Source: an uncultured delta proteobacterium (GTDB lineage: Bacteria > Desulfobacterota > Desulfobaccia > Desulfobaccales > 0-14-0-80-60-11). From it: a DNA stretch of 64,000 bases. The DNA lies in NCBI GenBank assembly GCA_963812655.1, contig CAWEWX010000039.1:159832-223831 (forward strand), given 5' to 3'. Below are positions 36,382 to 45,391 of this stretch, in pieces (within the stretch, counting starts at the first letter, position 1; every line of letters begins with the position of its first letter). A model generated the notes under the pieces. The model made no database searches, was not told the origin of the DNA, and saw nothing but the letters and a program-made list of their open reading frames with translations. The translations under genes and the position numbers were made by a program.

Positions 36382-36735
36382 TTATAGCAGGCCCAAAAAG
36401 GCCTTGACCTTCTCCAGGATTTCCGGGCGGCTGGCCGGGTCGAACTCCCACAGGGTGGACTGTTGGGGGGCGTCCTTGTCATCGTCCATGCAGTCCCCGA
36501 AGCCGCAGACCGCCGGAGGGGAGCTGGGCGGCCCCAGGAGCCGGGCCAGGCGCTCCGCCACCCCGGCCATCTCGCCCCGTACCGGCCAGAGGTTCAAAAC
36601 CAGGTGGTCCCGGGCCAGCCGTAAGTGGAGGTTGAGGGCCCCCTCCGGGTCCTGGCGTCCGGCTTCAAGGCCTTCAAATGAGGTGCCGCGCCGGTCTTCC
36701 CGCACCGTGAAATCGAATTTTATCGGCAGCGTCAT
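36382..36735 (-). CDS. Hypothetical protein
   Basis: 117-aa ORF with reasonable composition. No motif recognised. Confidence 0.4.
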   Translation of the reverse strand: MTLPIKFDFTVREDRRGTSFEGLEAGRQDPEGALNLHLRLARDHLVLNLWPVRGEMAGVAERLARLLGPPSSPPAVCGFGDCMDDDKDAPQQSTLWEFDPASRPEILEKVKAFLGLL

Positions 36736-36937
36736 GATCTATCCTCAGGGCTTTGATTAAGGGCTGTCCAGGAGGGCCGCGGCCCGGCCCGAGAACCCCA
36801 CGGAAATGCCAGATAAAGAGATTATAGCAGAGATCCCGGAAATTTCCAGGAATTCCGGGAGCATCCATGGTGCGGCCGCGCCCCGCCTGGGTCCGGCTCG
36901 ACCATAATGCATTTTCCGTTTGAAATTTGTTAAAAGT

Positions 36938-36961
36938 GCATTATATGTAGCATTATATGTA
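36938..36961. promoter_or_regulatory. Tandem 12-bp repeat GCATTATATGTA x2 in the AT-rich ppdK upstream region
   Basis: Read directly. Lies ~65 bp upstream of the ppdK ATG, and a third TGCATT lies at ~36908. Candidate operator or -10 region. Confidence 0.35.
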
Positions 36962-37025
36962 AAAAAATACCCACAGGGTTAAATCCGAAATCGGCTCACT
37001 AGAGACTACCAAGGAGGATGGCGAA

Positions 37026-39851
37026 ATGGCGAAGCAAGCGCTAAAGGCGGCAAGCAAACGTTATTGCTATGCCTTCGAGGAAGGCGACGGCGCCAATAAA
37101 AAGCTGTTGGGGGGTAAGGGCGCCGGCCTGTGCACCATGACCCAGATCGGGTTGCTGGTGCCCCCGGGCTTCTGTATCACCACGGAGGCCAACCTGGATT
37201 ATTTCGGCCAGGGTTCGCATATGCCCGTGGGTTTGATGGATGAAGTGCACGATTATATGGAAGCCCTGGAGAAAAAGACCGGAAAAGGGTTTGGCGACCC
37301 GAAAAACCCCCTGCTGGTTTCGGTGCGTTCCGGTTCCGCCCTCTCCATGCCGGGGATGATGGATACCATCCTCAACCTGGGACTCAATGATGAGACCGCG
37401 CAAGGCATGGTGGCCCTGACCGGGGACGAACGCTTCGTCAACGACGTCTATCGCCGCTTCCTGCAACTCTTCGGCAAGATCGGCCTGGGGGCGCAGGATG
37501 CCGGGTTTGATGAGATATTTGAGGAAGTGAAAAAGGAGCAGGGCGCCACCATGGACACCGAGCTTTCCGCGGAGGCTTTGTCCACGATCCGTGAGCGCTT
37601 TAAGGAATATATCCAAAAGAGCACCAGCCGGCCTTTCCCTCATGACCCCTGGGCCCAGTTGCTGATCGCCATCGAGGGGATCTTCAAATCCTGGATGGGG
37701 AAACGGGCGGTGGATTACCGCCGCCAGTTCAACATCACCCCGGATCTGGCCAACGGCACCGCGGTGAATATCTGCACCATGGTCTTCGGCAATATGGGCA
37801 ACGACTGCGCCACTGGGGTGGGCTTCACCCGGGACCCGGGGACCGGGGAGAACGTCCTTTACGGCGATTATCTGATCAACGCCCAGGGCGAGGACGTGGT
37901 GGCCGGCATCCGCACCCCCCGCCCCCTGAAGGAACTGCGCATCGACATGCCGGCCATCTACCGGGAACTGGAAAAGCTGCGCGCTATCCTGGAGAATCAC
38001 TACCGGGAGGTGCAGGACATTGAATTCACCATCGAGCGGGGCAGGCTCTACATGCTGCAGACCCGCAACGGCAAGATGAACGCCTGGGCCTTGTGCAAAA
38101 CCTCAGTGGACATGGAGAAGGAAGGACTCATTACCGAGGAGGAAGCCCTGCTGCGGATAGAGCCGGACATGCTGGAGCAGTTCCTGCACCGGCGCATCGA
38201 CCCCCATGCCAAGATCGAGCCGCTGGCCGTGGGCATTTCGGCCTCTCCCGGCGCGGCCACCGGAAAGGTGGTTTTTGACGCCGACCGGGCGGAGCGTCTG
38301 GGAAAAGAAGGGGAGAAGATCATCCTGACCCGCATCGAGACCAAACCTGAGGATATTCACGGGTTTTTCGCGGCCCAGGGGATTCTCACCAGCCGGGGCG
38401 GCAAGACCTCCCACGCCGCGGTGGTGGCCCGGGGCATGGGCAAACCCTGCGTCTCCGGGGCAGAAGGTTTGGACATCAATTATGACCTGAAAGAGGCCCG
38501 GGTGGGCAAGGTGGTCATCAAGGAAGGGGACATCGTCACCCTCGACGGCACCAATGGCAGCTTTTTCCTGGGAACGGTGCCCATGCTGGATCCGGAGCTG
38601 CCCAAGGACCTGGCCACCCTGATGCACTGGGCCGACAAGGTGGCCAAACTGGAGGTGTGGGCCAACGCCGACACCCCGGAGATGGCGTCCAAGGCCAGGC
38701 ACCATGGGGCCAAGGGCGTCGGCCTGTGCCGCACCGAGCGCATGTTCAACGATCCTGCGCGCCTGCCCCTGATGCGCAGCATGATCCTGGCCGAAAGCCC
38801 CGAGGAACGGAAGGGCTGGGCGGACAAGCTTATGCCCATGCAGCGCGCCGATTTCCTGGAGATCTTCCGGGCCATGGACGGGCTGCCGGTCACCATCCGG
38901 CTGCTGGACCCGCCGCTGCACGAATTTCTGCCCAGCATTGAAGAGCTTCTCAACGAAACCAACCGGCTCCGGGAGTTCAGCCAGATGATTAACGCCCTGG
39001 AGCAACTGCCCGGCACCGTAACCCTGCTGGGTCCGGATCTTTATCAGCACGTACCCTCCATTGAGGCGGTCACCCGGGAGCTCAGCGAGTTCAAGGCCAA
39101 GGGCATTGACCAAAAAATTCTGAGTGACAAAGAGCACATGCTGCGCCGGGTGCGGGTGCTTTGCGAATACAACCCCATGCTGGGGAACCGGGGGGTGCGC
39201 TGCGGCATCTCCTTTCCGGAAATCTACGACATGCAAATCCAGGCCATCTTCGAGGCCGCGGCCCTGGCCCTGCGGGACAAGATCGACGTCCGGCCGGAGA
39301 TCATGGTGCCCAATGTCTGCACCCTCCAGGAGCTGGTCTGGGTGAAGCCCCGGGTGGAGAAGATCCATCTGGAGGTGGAAAAGCGTTACAATGTCAAGAT
39401 CAAATACAAATTCGGCACCATGGTGGAAATCGCCCGGGCCTGCGTCCGGGCCGGCCAGTTAGCGAAAACCGCGGAGTTCTTCTCTTTCGGCACCAACGAC
39501 CTCACCCAGGGGACCTTCTCCTTCTCCCGGGAAGACGCGGAAAACAAATTCCTGCCCATTTACAACACCGTGGGCATCCTGAGGCACAACCCCTTCGAAA
39601 TCCTGGATGAGTTGGGGGTAGGCTGGCTCATGCAGTACGCGGTGAGCGAAGGGCGCAAGACCCGCCCCGACCTGAAGATCGGCATCTGCGGCGAACACGG
39701 TGGCCAGCCGCAGGCCATCGAGTTTTGCCACCGCATCGGGCTCAACTACGTGTCGTGCTCGCCGATGCGCATCCCCATCGCCCGCATGGCCGCGGCGCAC
39801 GCGGTCATCAAGGAAAAGCGGGGCCAGGCCGCCAGGTCCAAATCCCTGTAA
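37026..39851 (+). CDS. ppdK: Pyruvate, phosphate dikinase
   Basis: N-terminal ATP-grasp (LLGGKGAGLCTM), phosphohistidine region (GGKTSHAAVVARGMG) and C-terminal PEP/pyruvate domain (FFSFGTNDLTQ). RBS is AAGGAGGA. Confidence 0.95.
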   Translation: MAKQALKAASKRYCYAFEEGDGANKKLLGGKGAGLCTMTQIGLLVPPGFCITTEANLDYFGQGSHMPVGLMDEVHDYMEALEKKTGKGFGDPKNPLLVSVRSGSALSMPGMMDTILNLGLNDETAQGMVALTGDERFVNDVYRRFLQLFGKIGLGAQDAGFDEIFEEVKKEQGATMDTELSAEALSTIRERFKEYIQKSTSRPFPHDPWAQLLIAIEGIFKSWMGKRAVDYRRQFNITPDLANGTAVNICTMVFGNMGNDCATGVGFTRDPGTGENVLYGDYLINAQGEDVVAGIRTPRPLKELRIDMPAIYRELEKLRAILENHYREVQDIEFTIERGRLYMLQTRNGKMNAWALCKTSVDMEKEGLITEEEALLRIEPDMLEQFLHRRIDPHAKIEPLAVGISASPGAATGKVVFDADRAERLGKEGEKIILTRIETKPEDIHGFFAAQGILTSRGGKTSHAAVVARGMGKPCVSGAEGLDINYDLKEARVGKVVIKEGDIVTLDGTNGSFFLGTVPMLDPELPKDLATLMHWADKVAKLEVWANADTPEMASKARHHGAKGVGLCRTERMFNDPARLPLMRSMILAESPEERKGWADKLMPMQRADFLEIFRAMDGLPVTIRLLDPPLHEFLPSIEELLNETNRLREFSQMINALEQLPGTVTLLGPDLYQHVPSIEAVTRELSEFKAKGIDQKILSDKEHMLRRVRVLCEYNPMLGNRGVRCGISFPEIYDMQIQAIFEAAALALRDKIDVRPEIMVPNVCTLQELVWVKPRVEKIHLEVEKRYNVKIKYKFGTMVEIARACVRAGQLAKTAEFFSFGTNDLTQGTFSFSREDAENKFLPIYNTVGILRHNPFEILDELGVGWLMQYAVSEGRKTRPDLKIGICGEHGGQPQAIEFCHRIGLNYVSCSPMRIPIARMAAAHAVIKEKRGQAARSKSL

Positions 39852-39962
39852 GTCCATCTTGAAGAAATCAAGGCGGCCGGGGCTGGGTGAAACCCAACCC
39901 CGGTCGCCCGCCCTCCGCCATGGCCCGGTTCGAAACCTTGGAGATCTGTTGGAGGCCGTTCC

Positions 39963-41057
39963 ATGTTCAGGCGCATCCGCCGGATTTGGCTGGAGGAAGG
40001 GGCCCGGGATTACCAGATGGCCCGGCGCATCCTGGCGCGGCTGCGCCACCTGCCGGTGACGGTCATCGAAGATCGCCGGGCCTTGCGGGCCCCGGAGCAT
40101 GAACGGGCCCGCTGGCTCCCGGAGGCCAAGACTACCCTGCTGCTGGCGGTGCAAAAGGGGCCTTTCCGGCGCCCCTGTCCCGGGACCAGGGATTACCTCT
40201 GCTGCGGCTACCAGGTGTTGCAGGTGGCGCTCAACTGCCCCATGGATTGCAGCTACTGCGTCCTCCAGGGTTATGTCAATGTGCCGGCCATCACCATTTT
40301 CGTCAACCTGGAGGATTTGCTGGGGGAGCTGGAGGCTGGCTGGCAAGCCGAGCCCGGGGCCGGCTGGCGCCTGGGCACCGGGGAATTCGGGGACAGCCTG
40401 GCCCTGGATTCCCTCATGGGCCTCCATCAACGGCTGATCCCCTGGTTCAAAGGCCGGCGGGCGGCCCTGGAGATCAAAAGCAAGGCGCAGGACCTGGGAG
40501 AGTTACTGCCCCTGGGTCCTAACCCCCAGGTGGTCTTTGCCTGGTCCCTCTCGCCCGAAGAGGTGGTCCGGGAAGTAGAGAGGTTTACGGCCCCCCTGCA
40601 GGCCCGGCTTCAGGCGGCCGCGGCGGCCGCGGCCGCGGGCTTTCGGGTAGCCTTCCACTTCGACCCCCTGATCTATTTCCCCGGCTGGGAAGCGGCCTAC
40701 CGGCGCACGGTGGAGGCTTTGGGAGAAGCGGCGCCGTCCGGGAGCATCGCCTGGATTAGCCTGGGGGCGCTGCGGTTTCCGCCGGCTTTGCGGCCCCTGA
40801 TCCACCAGCGTTTTCCCGGCAGCCGCTGGGCGGCCCAGGAGATGGTGCGGGCCCCGGACGGCAAGCTCCGCTATTTCAAGGACCTCCGGGTGGAAATGTA
40901 CGGCCGCCTGCGCCAGTGGCTGGAGGAGGCGGCCCCGGGGGCCCAGCTCTATCTCTGCATGGAAAGCCCCCGGGTCTGGCGGGAGGTCTTTGGCTTCGTC
41001 CCGGATGCAGGGGAATTGGCCCGCTGGCTGGATAGCCGGGTCTTTCCCACCGATTAA
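39963..41057 (+). CDS. Radical SAM protein, spore-photoproduct-lyase-like family
   Basis: CxxxCxxC cluster CPMDCSYC preceded by LNCP. Overall layout resembles SplB-like DNA repair lyases. Confidence 0.7.
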   Translation: MFRRIRRIWLEEGARDYQMARRILARLRHLPVTVIEDRRALRAPEHERARWLPEAKTTLLLAVQKGPFRRPCPGTRDYLCCGYQVLQVALNCPMDCSYCVLQGYVNVPAITIFVNLEDLLGELEAGWQAEPGAGWRLGTGEFGDSLALDSLMGLHQRLIPWFKGRRAALEIKSKAQDLGELLPLGPNPQVVFAWSLSPEEVVREVERFTAPLQARLQAAAAAAAAGFRVAFHFDPLIYFPGWEAAYRRTVEALGEAAPSGSIAWISLGALRFPPALRPLIHQRFPGSRWAAQEMVRAPDGKLRYFKDLRVEMYGRLRQWLEEAAPGAQLYLCMESPRVWREVFGFVPDAGELARWLDSRVFPTD

Positions 41058-41398
41058 GGGCGAACCTTCCTCCGGCTCCTCCGGCTCTGGCCAGGCCCCT
41101 CCGGGCGCCTTCCCGGGCGGCGGGGAGGAGTTCCCTCAACCGCGGGCCCACTCCGGTGGCCGTGAGATGCTCTTCCTCCAGGATTCCTGATTCCGGGAAT
41201 GGATGACTGCAGGCGCCTCGCCCATTTTTCTATTCGTAGATACTCCGAGAAATTTTAGAAAAAGGTTCAGGGGTTTTCCCCAATCCTGGCAATCGCTTGG
41301 AAAATCAGGCAGGTTTCATCGGGAAGTCGCCAGGGGACTTTAAAATTGGGGGGCGGTGATTATTATGTTAGAGAATCCATTGGAGGGGAGAGGCTTTA

Positions 41399-42064
41399 GT
41401 GATCCAACTTGAGGGGGTGAGCAAGGTTTACCGGCGAGGGCCCGAGGAGATTCTGGCCCTCCGGGAGGTGGACCTTAAGATCACTTCCGGCGAATTTGTG
41501 GCCATCACCGGCAAGAGCGGCTGCGGCAAGAGCACTCTGCTGCACGTCATCGGCGGTCTGGAGCAGGTTTCCCGGGGCCGGGTGCTCCTGGAGGGCCGGG
41601 ACCTGGCCCAGCTTCGGGAACCTGAACTCACCCGCTTCCGTCGGGATAAAGTGGGGGTGGTTTTTCAGTCCTTTAATCTGCTGCCTTTGCTGACCCTGGC
41701 GGAGAACGTGGCCCTGCCCCGGGCGCTCCAGGGCGTTCCCTATCCCCAGGCCCGGGGAGAGGCGGCCCGCTGGCTGGCGGAAGTAGGACTGGAAGAGCGC
41801 CTGGACCACAAGCCTCACCAGGTTTCCGGGGGCGAGATGCAGCGGGCCGCCATCGCCCGGGCCCTGATCAACTCCCCGGCGGTGATTCTGGCGGACGAAC
41901 CCACCGGCAACCTCGATTCCGCCACCACGGCCCAAATCCTCCGGCTCTTTTCCCAACTTAATCGCCAGTGGCGCAAGACCGTGGTCCTGGTGAGCCACGC
42001 CCCGGAGGCGGGCGCGGCGGCCCAGCGGGTGCTCAAGATGCAGGACGGCCGGCTCCTGCCATGA
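41399..42064 (+). CDS. ABC transporter ATP-binding protein (LolD/MacB-type)
   Basis: GTG start after GGAGGGGAGAGG. Walker A GKSGCGKST, signature VSGGEMQR, Walker B ILADEPTGNLD. Confidence 0.9.
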   Translation: MIQLEGVSKVYRRGPEEILALREVDLKITSGEFVAITGKSGCGKSTLLHVIGGLEQVSRGRVLLEGRDLAQLREPELTRFRRDKVGVVFQSFNLLPLLTLAENVALPRALQGVPYPQARGEAARWLAEVGLEERLDHKPHQVSGGEMQRAAIARALINSPAVILADEPTGNLDSATTAQILRLFSQLNRQWRKTVVLVSHAPEAGAAAQRVLKMQDGRLLP

Positions 42065-44742
42065 CCCCCTGGCTCTTCCGCCTTCCCCTGCGCCATCTGA
42101 GCCAGTATCCCGGGCGCACCTTTTTGGGGATTCTGGGCATCGCCTTGGGCACCGCGGTTTATCTCAGCATCTCCCTGGCCGCGGCCAGCGCCATCCAGAG
42201 CTTTCAGGCCGGGGTCGCCGCGGTGGCCGGCAAGGCCCAATGGCGGATTCAAAGCCCCGGGGCGCCCCTGGATGAAAACCTGTTCGCCAGGCTGCGCCGC
42301 CTGCCCGAGGTCAAGGCGGCGGCCCCGGTGGTGGAAAGCGTCCTGCAGCTCCGCGGCCCTCGCCGGGGGCCGGTGCTCCTGTTGGGGATCGACCCCTTTT
42401 CCGAAAAGGACTTCCGGGACTATGAATTTGAGCAGGATGGCGGCCTGCCGGGGCGCCTGTCGAGGGGAGACTGGGTCGAGTTCCTCACCCGCCCCGATGC
42501 GGTTTTGGTAAGCCAACCGCTGGCGGCCCGACTGGGCCTCAAGATGGGGGACTCCCTGCCGGTTCTGGTGGGTCCGGCCAGAAAGAGTCTCACCGTCAGG
42601 GGAATATTTCGCTCCGCCAGCGGCCTCTACCCCCTGGACGGGGCGGTGCTCCTCATGGATATAGCTGCGGCCCAGGAGCTTTTGGACCGGGTGGGGCTTC
42701 TGGACTATATCGACCTCTCCACCACCGGCGGTGAGGCCCGGCTGCCGGCGTGGCTAAAGAAAGAGCTGCCTCCCGGGGTGGAAGCGGTCAGGCCCGGGGC
42801 CTTGGAGAGCCACACCCAGGGGCTGGTAGCCGCTTATCGCCTCAATCTGGCGGTCCTCAGCGCCATCGCCCTGTTCGTGGGGATGTTCCTCATCTACCAG
42901 TCGGTGACCCTGTCGGTGGTGCGGCGGCGGCGGGAGATCGGGCTGTTGCGCACCCTGGGGGCGACCCCGGGGCAGGTGCTGCGGTTGTTTCTGGCGGAGG
43001 GCCTGGTGAGCGGCCTGGCGGGAGGCGCACTCGGCCTGATCCTGGGGGTCGGCCTGGCGCGGGGGGTCCTGGCGGTGATGACCCGGAACCTCACCTCCCT
43101 GTACACGCCGGTGGCGGCCGCAGAGGTGCGGCTGGCCTGGGGCCTGCTGCTCCAGGCCTGGGGGCTGGCGCTGGCCGCCACCCTGGCGGCCGCGTGGCTT
43201 CCGGCCCGCGAAGCGGCCCGCACCCAACTCCGGGCCGTATGGCAGCGGCAGGAACTCGAAGAGAGAATCGAAAGCAGGGCAGGCAGGATCTTTTTCTGGG
43301 GGGTCGCCGCCCTGATCCTGGCGGGCCTGGGCGCTTCCTTCCGGGTCAACCGCGGTCCCCCCTGGCCCGCCTTCGCGGCGGCCTTCCTCATCCTCTTGGC
43401 CTTCGCGCTGTTCACCCCATTGGCCACCCTGCTTATGGGGCGGGCCTGGCAAAGACCCTTACAAAGATGGCCTGCGGCGGCGCTGGGCTGCCGCTACCTG
43501 GCCGGCTCCCTGAGCCGCACCGCGGTGAGCATCGCCGCCCTGGCCTGCGCCCTGGGAATGCTCATCGCGGTGACCGTGATGATCGGCTCCTTCCGGCAAA
43601 CCGTCAACGACTGGGTGAGCCGGGCCATCAGCGGAGATATCTTCTTCGGGCCCGCGATCTTCTCCACCGCGGCCTACGACCACTACCTGCCCCCGGAAAT
43701 CCTCCCGGAACTCCGGGAGGACCCCGAGATCGCCGACATCTATCTCTACCGCTGCGTGCGCCTGCCCTTCCAGGACCGCCAGATCCTGGTGATCGGCGGC
43801 AGCTTCCAGGTGCTGGCGAAACACGGCGGCCTCTGGTTCCGGCAGGGGAATACCCAGGCGATCATGCAGGAGGTGGCGGGAGAGGGTCAGGGGGTAGGGG
43901 CGGGTTTGAAACCCGCCCCTACGGCCCGAGATATCGCCAAGGATGGTTCTCAAGATTTTCTTGACCGAAACCCGAAAGCAGAGAACCTAAAACCGTCTTT
44001 ACCGGCCGTGGTCATCTCCGAGACCCTGGCCGAGGCCTTTCATTACCGGGAAGGGGACCGCCTCATCCTGCCCACCCCCGCGGGACCCCAGGAGCTCACG
44101 GTCGCCGGGGTTTTTTATGACTACCGCACCGACGGCCCCAGCCTCTGGATGGACATCGGCCTCTTCCGCCGCTTCTGGCGGGACCGCCACCTGAACGCGG
44201 TGCGCCTCTACCTGAAGGACCCCCGGCGGGTGCCCCAGGTGCAGGCCCGGCTGCAGGAGAAATACGGGGTCCCATACCACCTCCTGGCCCTGTCCCACCG
44301 GGATTTGCGCCAGGGAATCCTAAAAATTTTCGATGAAACCTTTGCCTTAACCTACGCCCTGGAAGGGGTGGCGGTGGTGGTGGCGGTCTTCGGCATCATC
44401 ACCACCTTCCTGGTGCTCATCATGGAGCGGGAGCGGGAGCTGGCGCTGCTCCAGGCGGTGGGGGCCTCCCGCCGCCAGATTCTCGCCCTGGTCCTCACCG
44501 AGTCGGGGCTGGCCAGCTTGTTGAGTTTCCTCTTGGGCGCCGCCTGCGGCTCGGTGCTCTCCTTGCTGCTCATCCTGGTGATTAACAAGCAGGCCTTCGG
44601 CTGGACCATCATGCTCCATTGGACCCCGGGCATCTACTGGCAGAGCCTGGCGCTGGTGATGGGCCTGGGGCTGGGCGCCGCGGCCTACCCGGCCTGGCGG
44701 GCCATGCGGCCTAACCTGGCGGCGATTTTGAAGGAGGAATAA
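42061..44742 (+). CDS. ABC transporter permease with duplicated FtsX/MacB-type domains
   Basis: The ATG at 42061 overlaps the ATPase stop (ATGA). Two FtsX-like 4-TM modules, each following a large extracytoplasmic loop. An in-frame repeat-derived insertion lies at ~43870..44000. Confidence 0.85.
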   Translation: MTPWLFRLPLRHLSQYPGRTFLGILGIALGTAVYLSISLAAASAIQSFQAGVAAVAGKAQWRIQSPGAPLDENLFARLRRLPEVKAAAPVVESVLQLRGPRRGPVLLLGIDPFSEKDFRDYEFEQDGGLPGRLSRGDWVEFLTRPDAVLVSQPLAARLGLKMGDSLPVLVGPARKSLTVRGIFRSASGLYPLDGAVLLMDIAAAQELLDRVGLLDYIDLSTTGGEARLPAWLKKELPPGVEAVRPGALESHTQGLVAAYRLNLAVLSAIALFVGMFLIYQSVTLSVVRRRREIGLLRTLGATPGQVLRLFLAEGLVSGLAGGALGLILGVGLARGVLAVMTRNLTSLYTPVAAAEVRLAWGLLLQAWGLALAATLAAAWLPAREAARTQLRAVWQRQELEERIESRAGRIFFWGVAALILAGLGASFRVNRGPPWPAFAAAFLILLAFALFTPLATLLMGRAWQRPLQRWPAAALGCRYLAGSLSRTAVSIAALACALGMLIAVTVMIGSFRQTVNDWVSRAISGDIFFGPAIFSTAAYDHYLPPEILPELREDPEIADIYLYRCVRLPFQDRQILVIGGSFQVLAKHGGLWFRQGNTQAIMQEVAGEGQGVGAGLKPAPTARDIAKDGSQDFLDRNPKAENLKPSLPAVVISETLAEAFHYREGDRLILPTPAGPQELTVAGVFYDYRTDGPSLWMDIGLFRRFWRDRHLNAVRLYLKDPRRVPQVQARLQEKYGVPYHLLALSHRDLRQGILKIFDETFALTYALEGVAVVVAVFGIITTFLVLIMERERELALLQAVGASRRQILALVLTESGLASLLSFLLGAACGSVLSLLLILVINKQAFGWTIMLHWTPGIYWQSLALVMGLGLGAAAYPAWRAMRPNLAAILKEE
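43894..43922. repeat. Perfect 14-bp-stem palindrome GTAGGGGCGGGTTT-g-AAACCCGCCCCTAC inside the permease CDS
   Basis: Read directly. Belongs to the GTAGGGGCG...CGCCCCTAC intergenic REP family (compare 8854..8883 and ~16005..16035). Confidence 0.9.
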
Positions 44743-44797
44743 TTCTCATTGATTAAAATTAAACCTTATTTTATATAATTAAGGGGTAAAATTATTA

Positions 44798-45391
44798 ATG
44801 GGTTTGGCAATGAATGTCACCGAACTGATTCGAGCCTTTCGTGAGGACCTGCCTAACCGATCAGTAATTGAATTGGTTCAGAAACACATTACCTTTGGTA
44901 GCGATTGTTATGCTCTAAAACGAGATGCTCATTTTGAGTTGAAGAACCAAGTTGCCCGAAAGTTTGATATTAATCCAACCGAAGTAGTTGTAGTTGGGTC
45001 CGCTAAACTAGGTTTTAGCATAGTATCTGGAAAAAGGTATCGTTGGTTCGGAGATTCTTCAGATATTGATATTGCACTTTGTTCTAACAAACTTTTTGAT
45101 CAAATATGGATAGATGTTTTCGATTATTGGCGGCGAGGTGATTTTTGGGATGAACTAAACCAATTCCGAAAATATCTATTTAGAGGATGGATGAGACCTG
45201 ATAAATTACCCCCAGCAAAATCCTTTGCAAGAAGCCAAGAATGGTGGGATTTTTTTCGCCAATTAGCATCAACAGGGAATTTTGGAAATTATAAAATATG
45301 TGGGGCTCTTTACAAGAGTTGGCATTTTTTAGAATCTTACCAAGCAAAATGTATGAGTGAATGCAAAGAATTGGAGGAAATAAGTCAATGA
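44798..45391 (+). CDS. Minimal Pol-beta-superfamily nucleotidyltransferase-like protein (AT-rich islet gene 1)
   Basis: hG[GS]-x(n)-DhDh pattern: VVVVGSAKLGFSI followed by SSDIDIAL, then a helical Trp-rich tail. Strongly AT-rich. An alternative start is ATG 44810. Confidence 0.65.
   Translation: MGLAMNVTELIRAFREDLPNRSVIELVQKHITFGSDCYALKRDAHFELKNQVARKFDINPTEVVVVGSAKLGFSIVSGKRYRWFGDSSDIDIALCSNKLFDQIWIDVFDYWRRGDFWDELNQFRKYLFRGWMRPDKLPPAKSFARSQEWWDFFRQLASTGNFGNYKICGALYKSWHFLESYQAKCMSECKELEEISQ

Noticed and set aside
39877-39903. Hairpin CCGGGGCTGGGT-gaa-ACCCAACCCCGG after ppdK as an intrinsic terminator
   Set aside because: The stem is decent but no T-tract follows. It may be another REP-type hairpin, so it is not annotated as a terminator.
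41968-42060. Longer start for the ABC permease (ORF track 41968), overlapping the ATPase gene by ~100 nt
   Set aside because: The ATG at 42061 gives the classic ATGA stop/start coupling and begins the hydrophobic MTPWLFRLPLRHL N-terminus. The upstream extension is Gly/Arg/Pro-rich.
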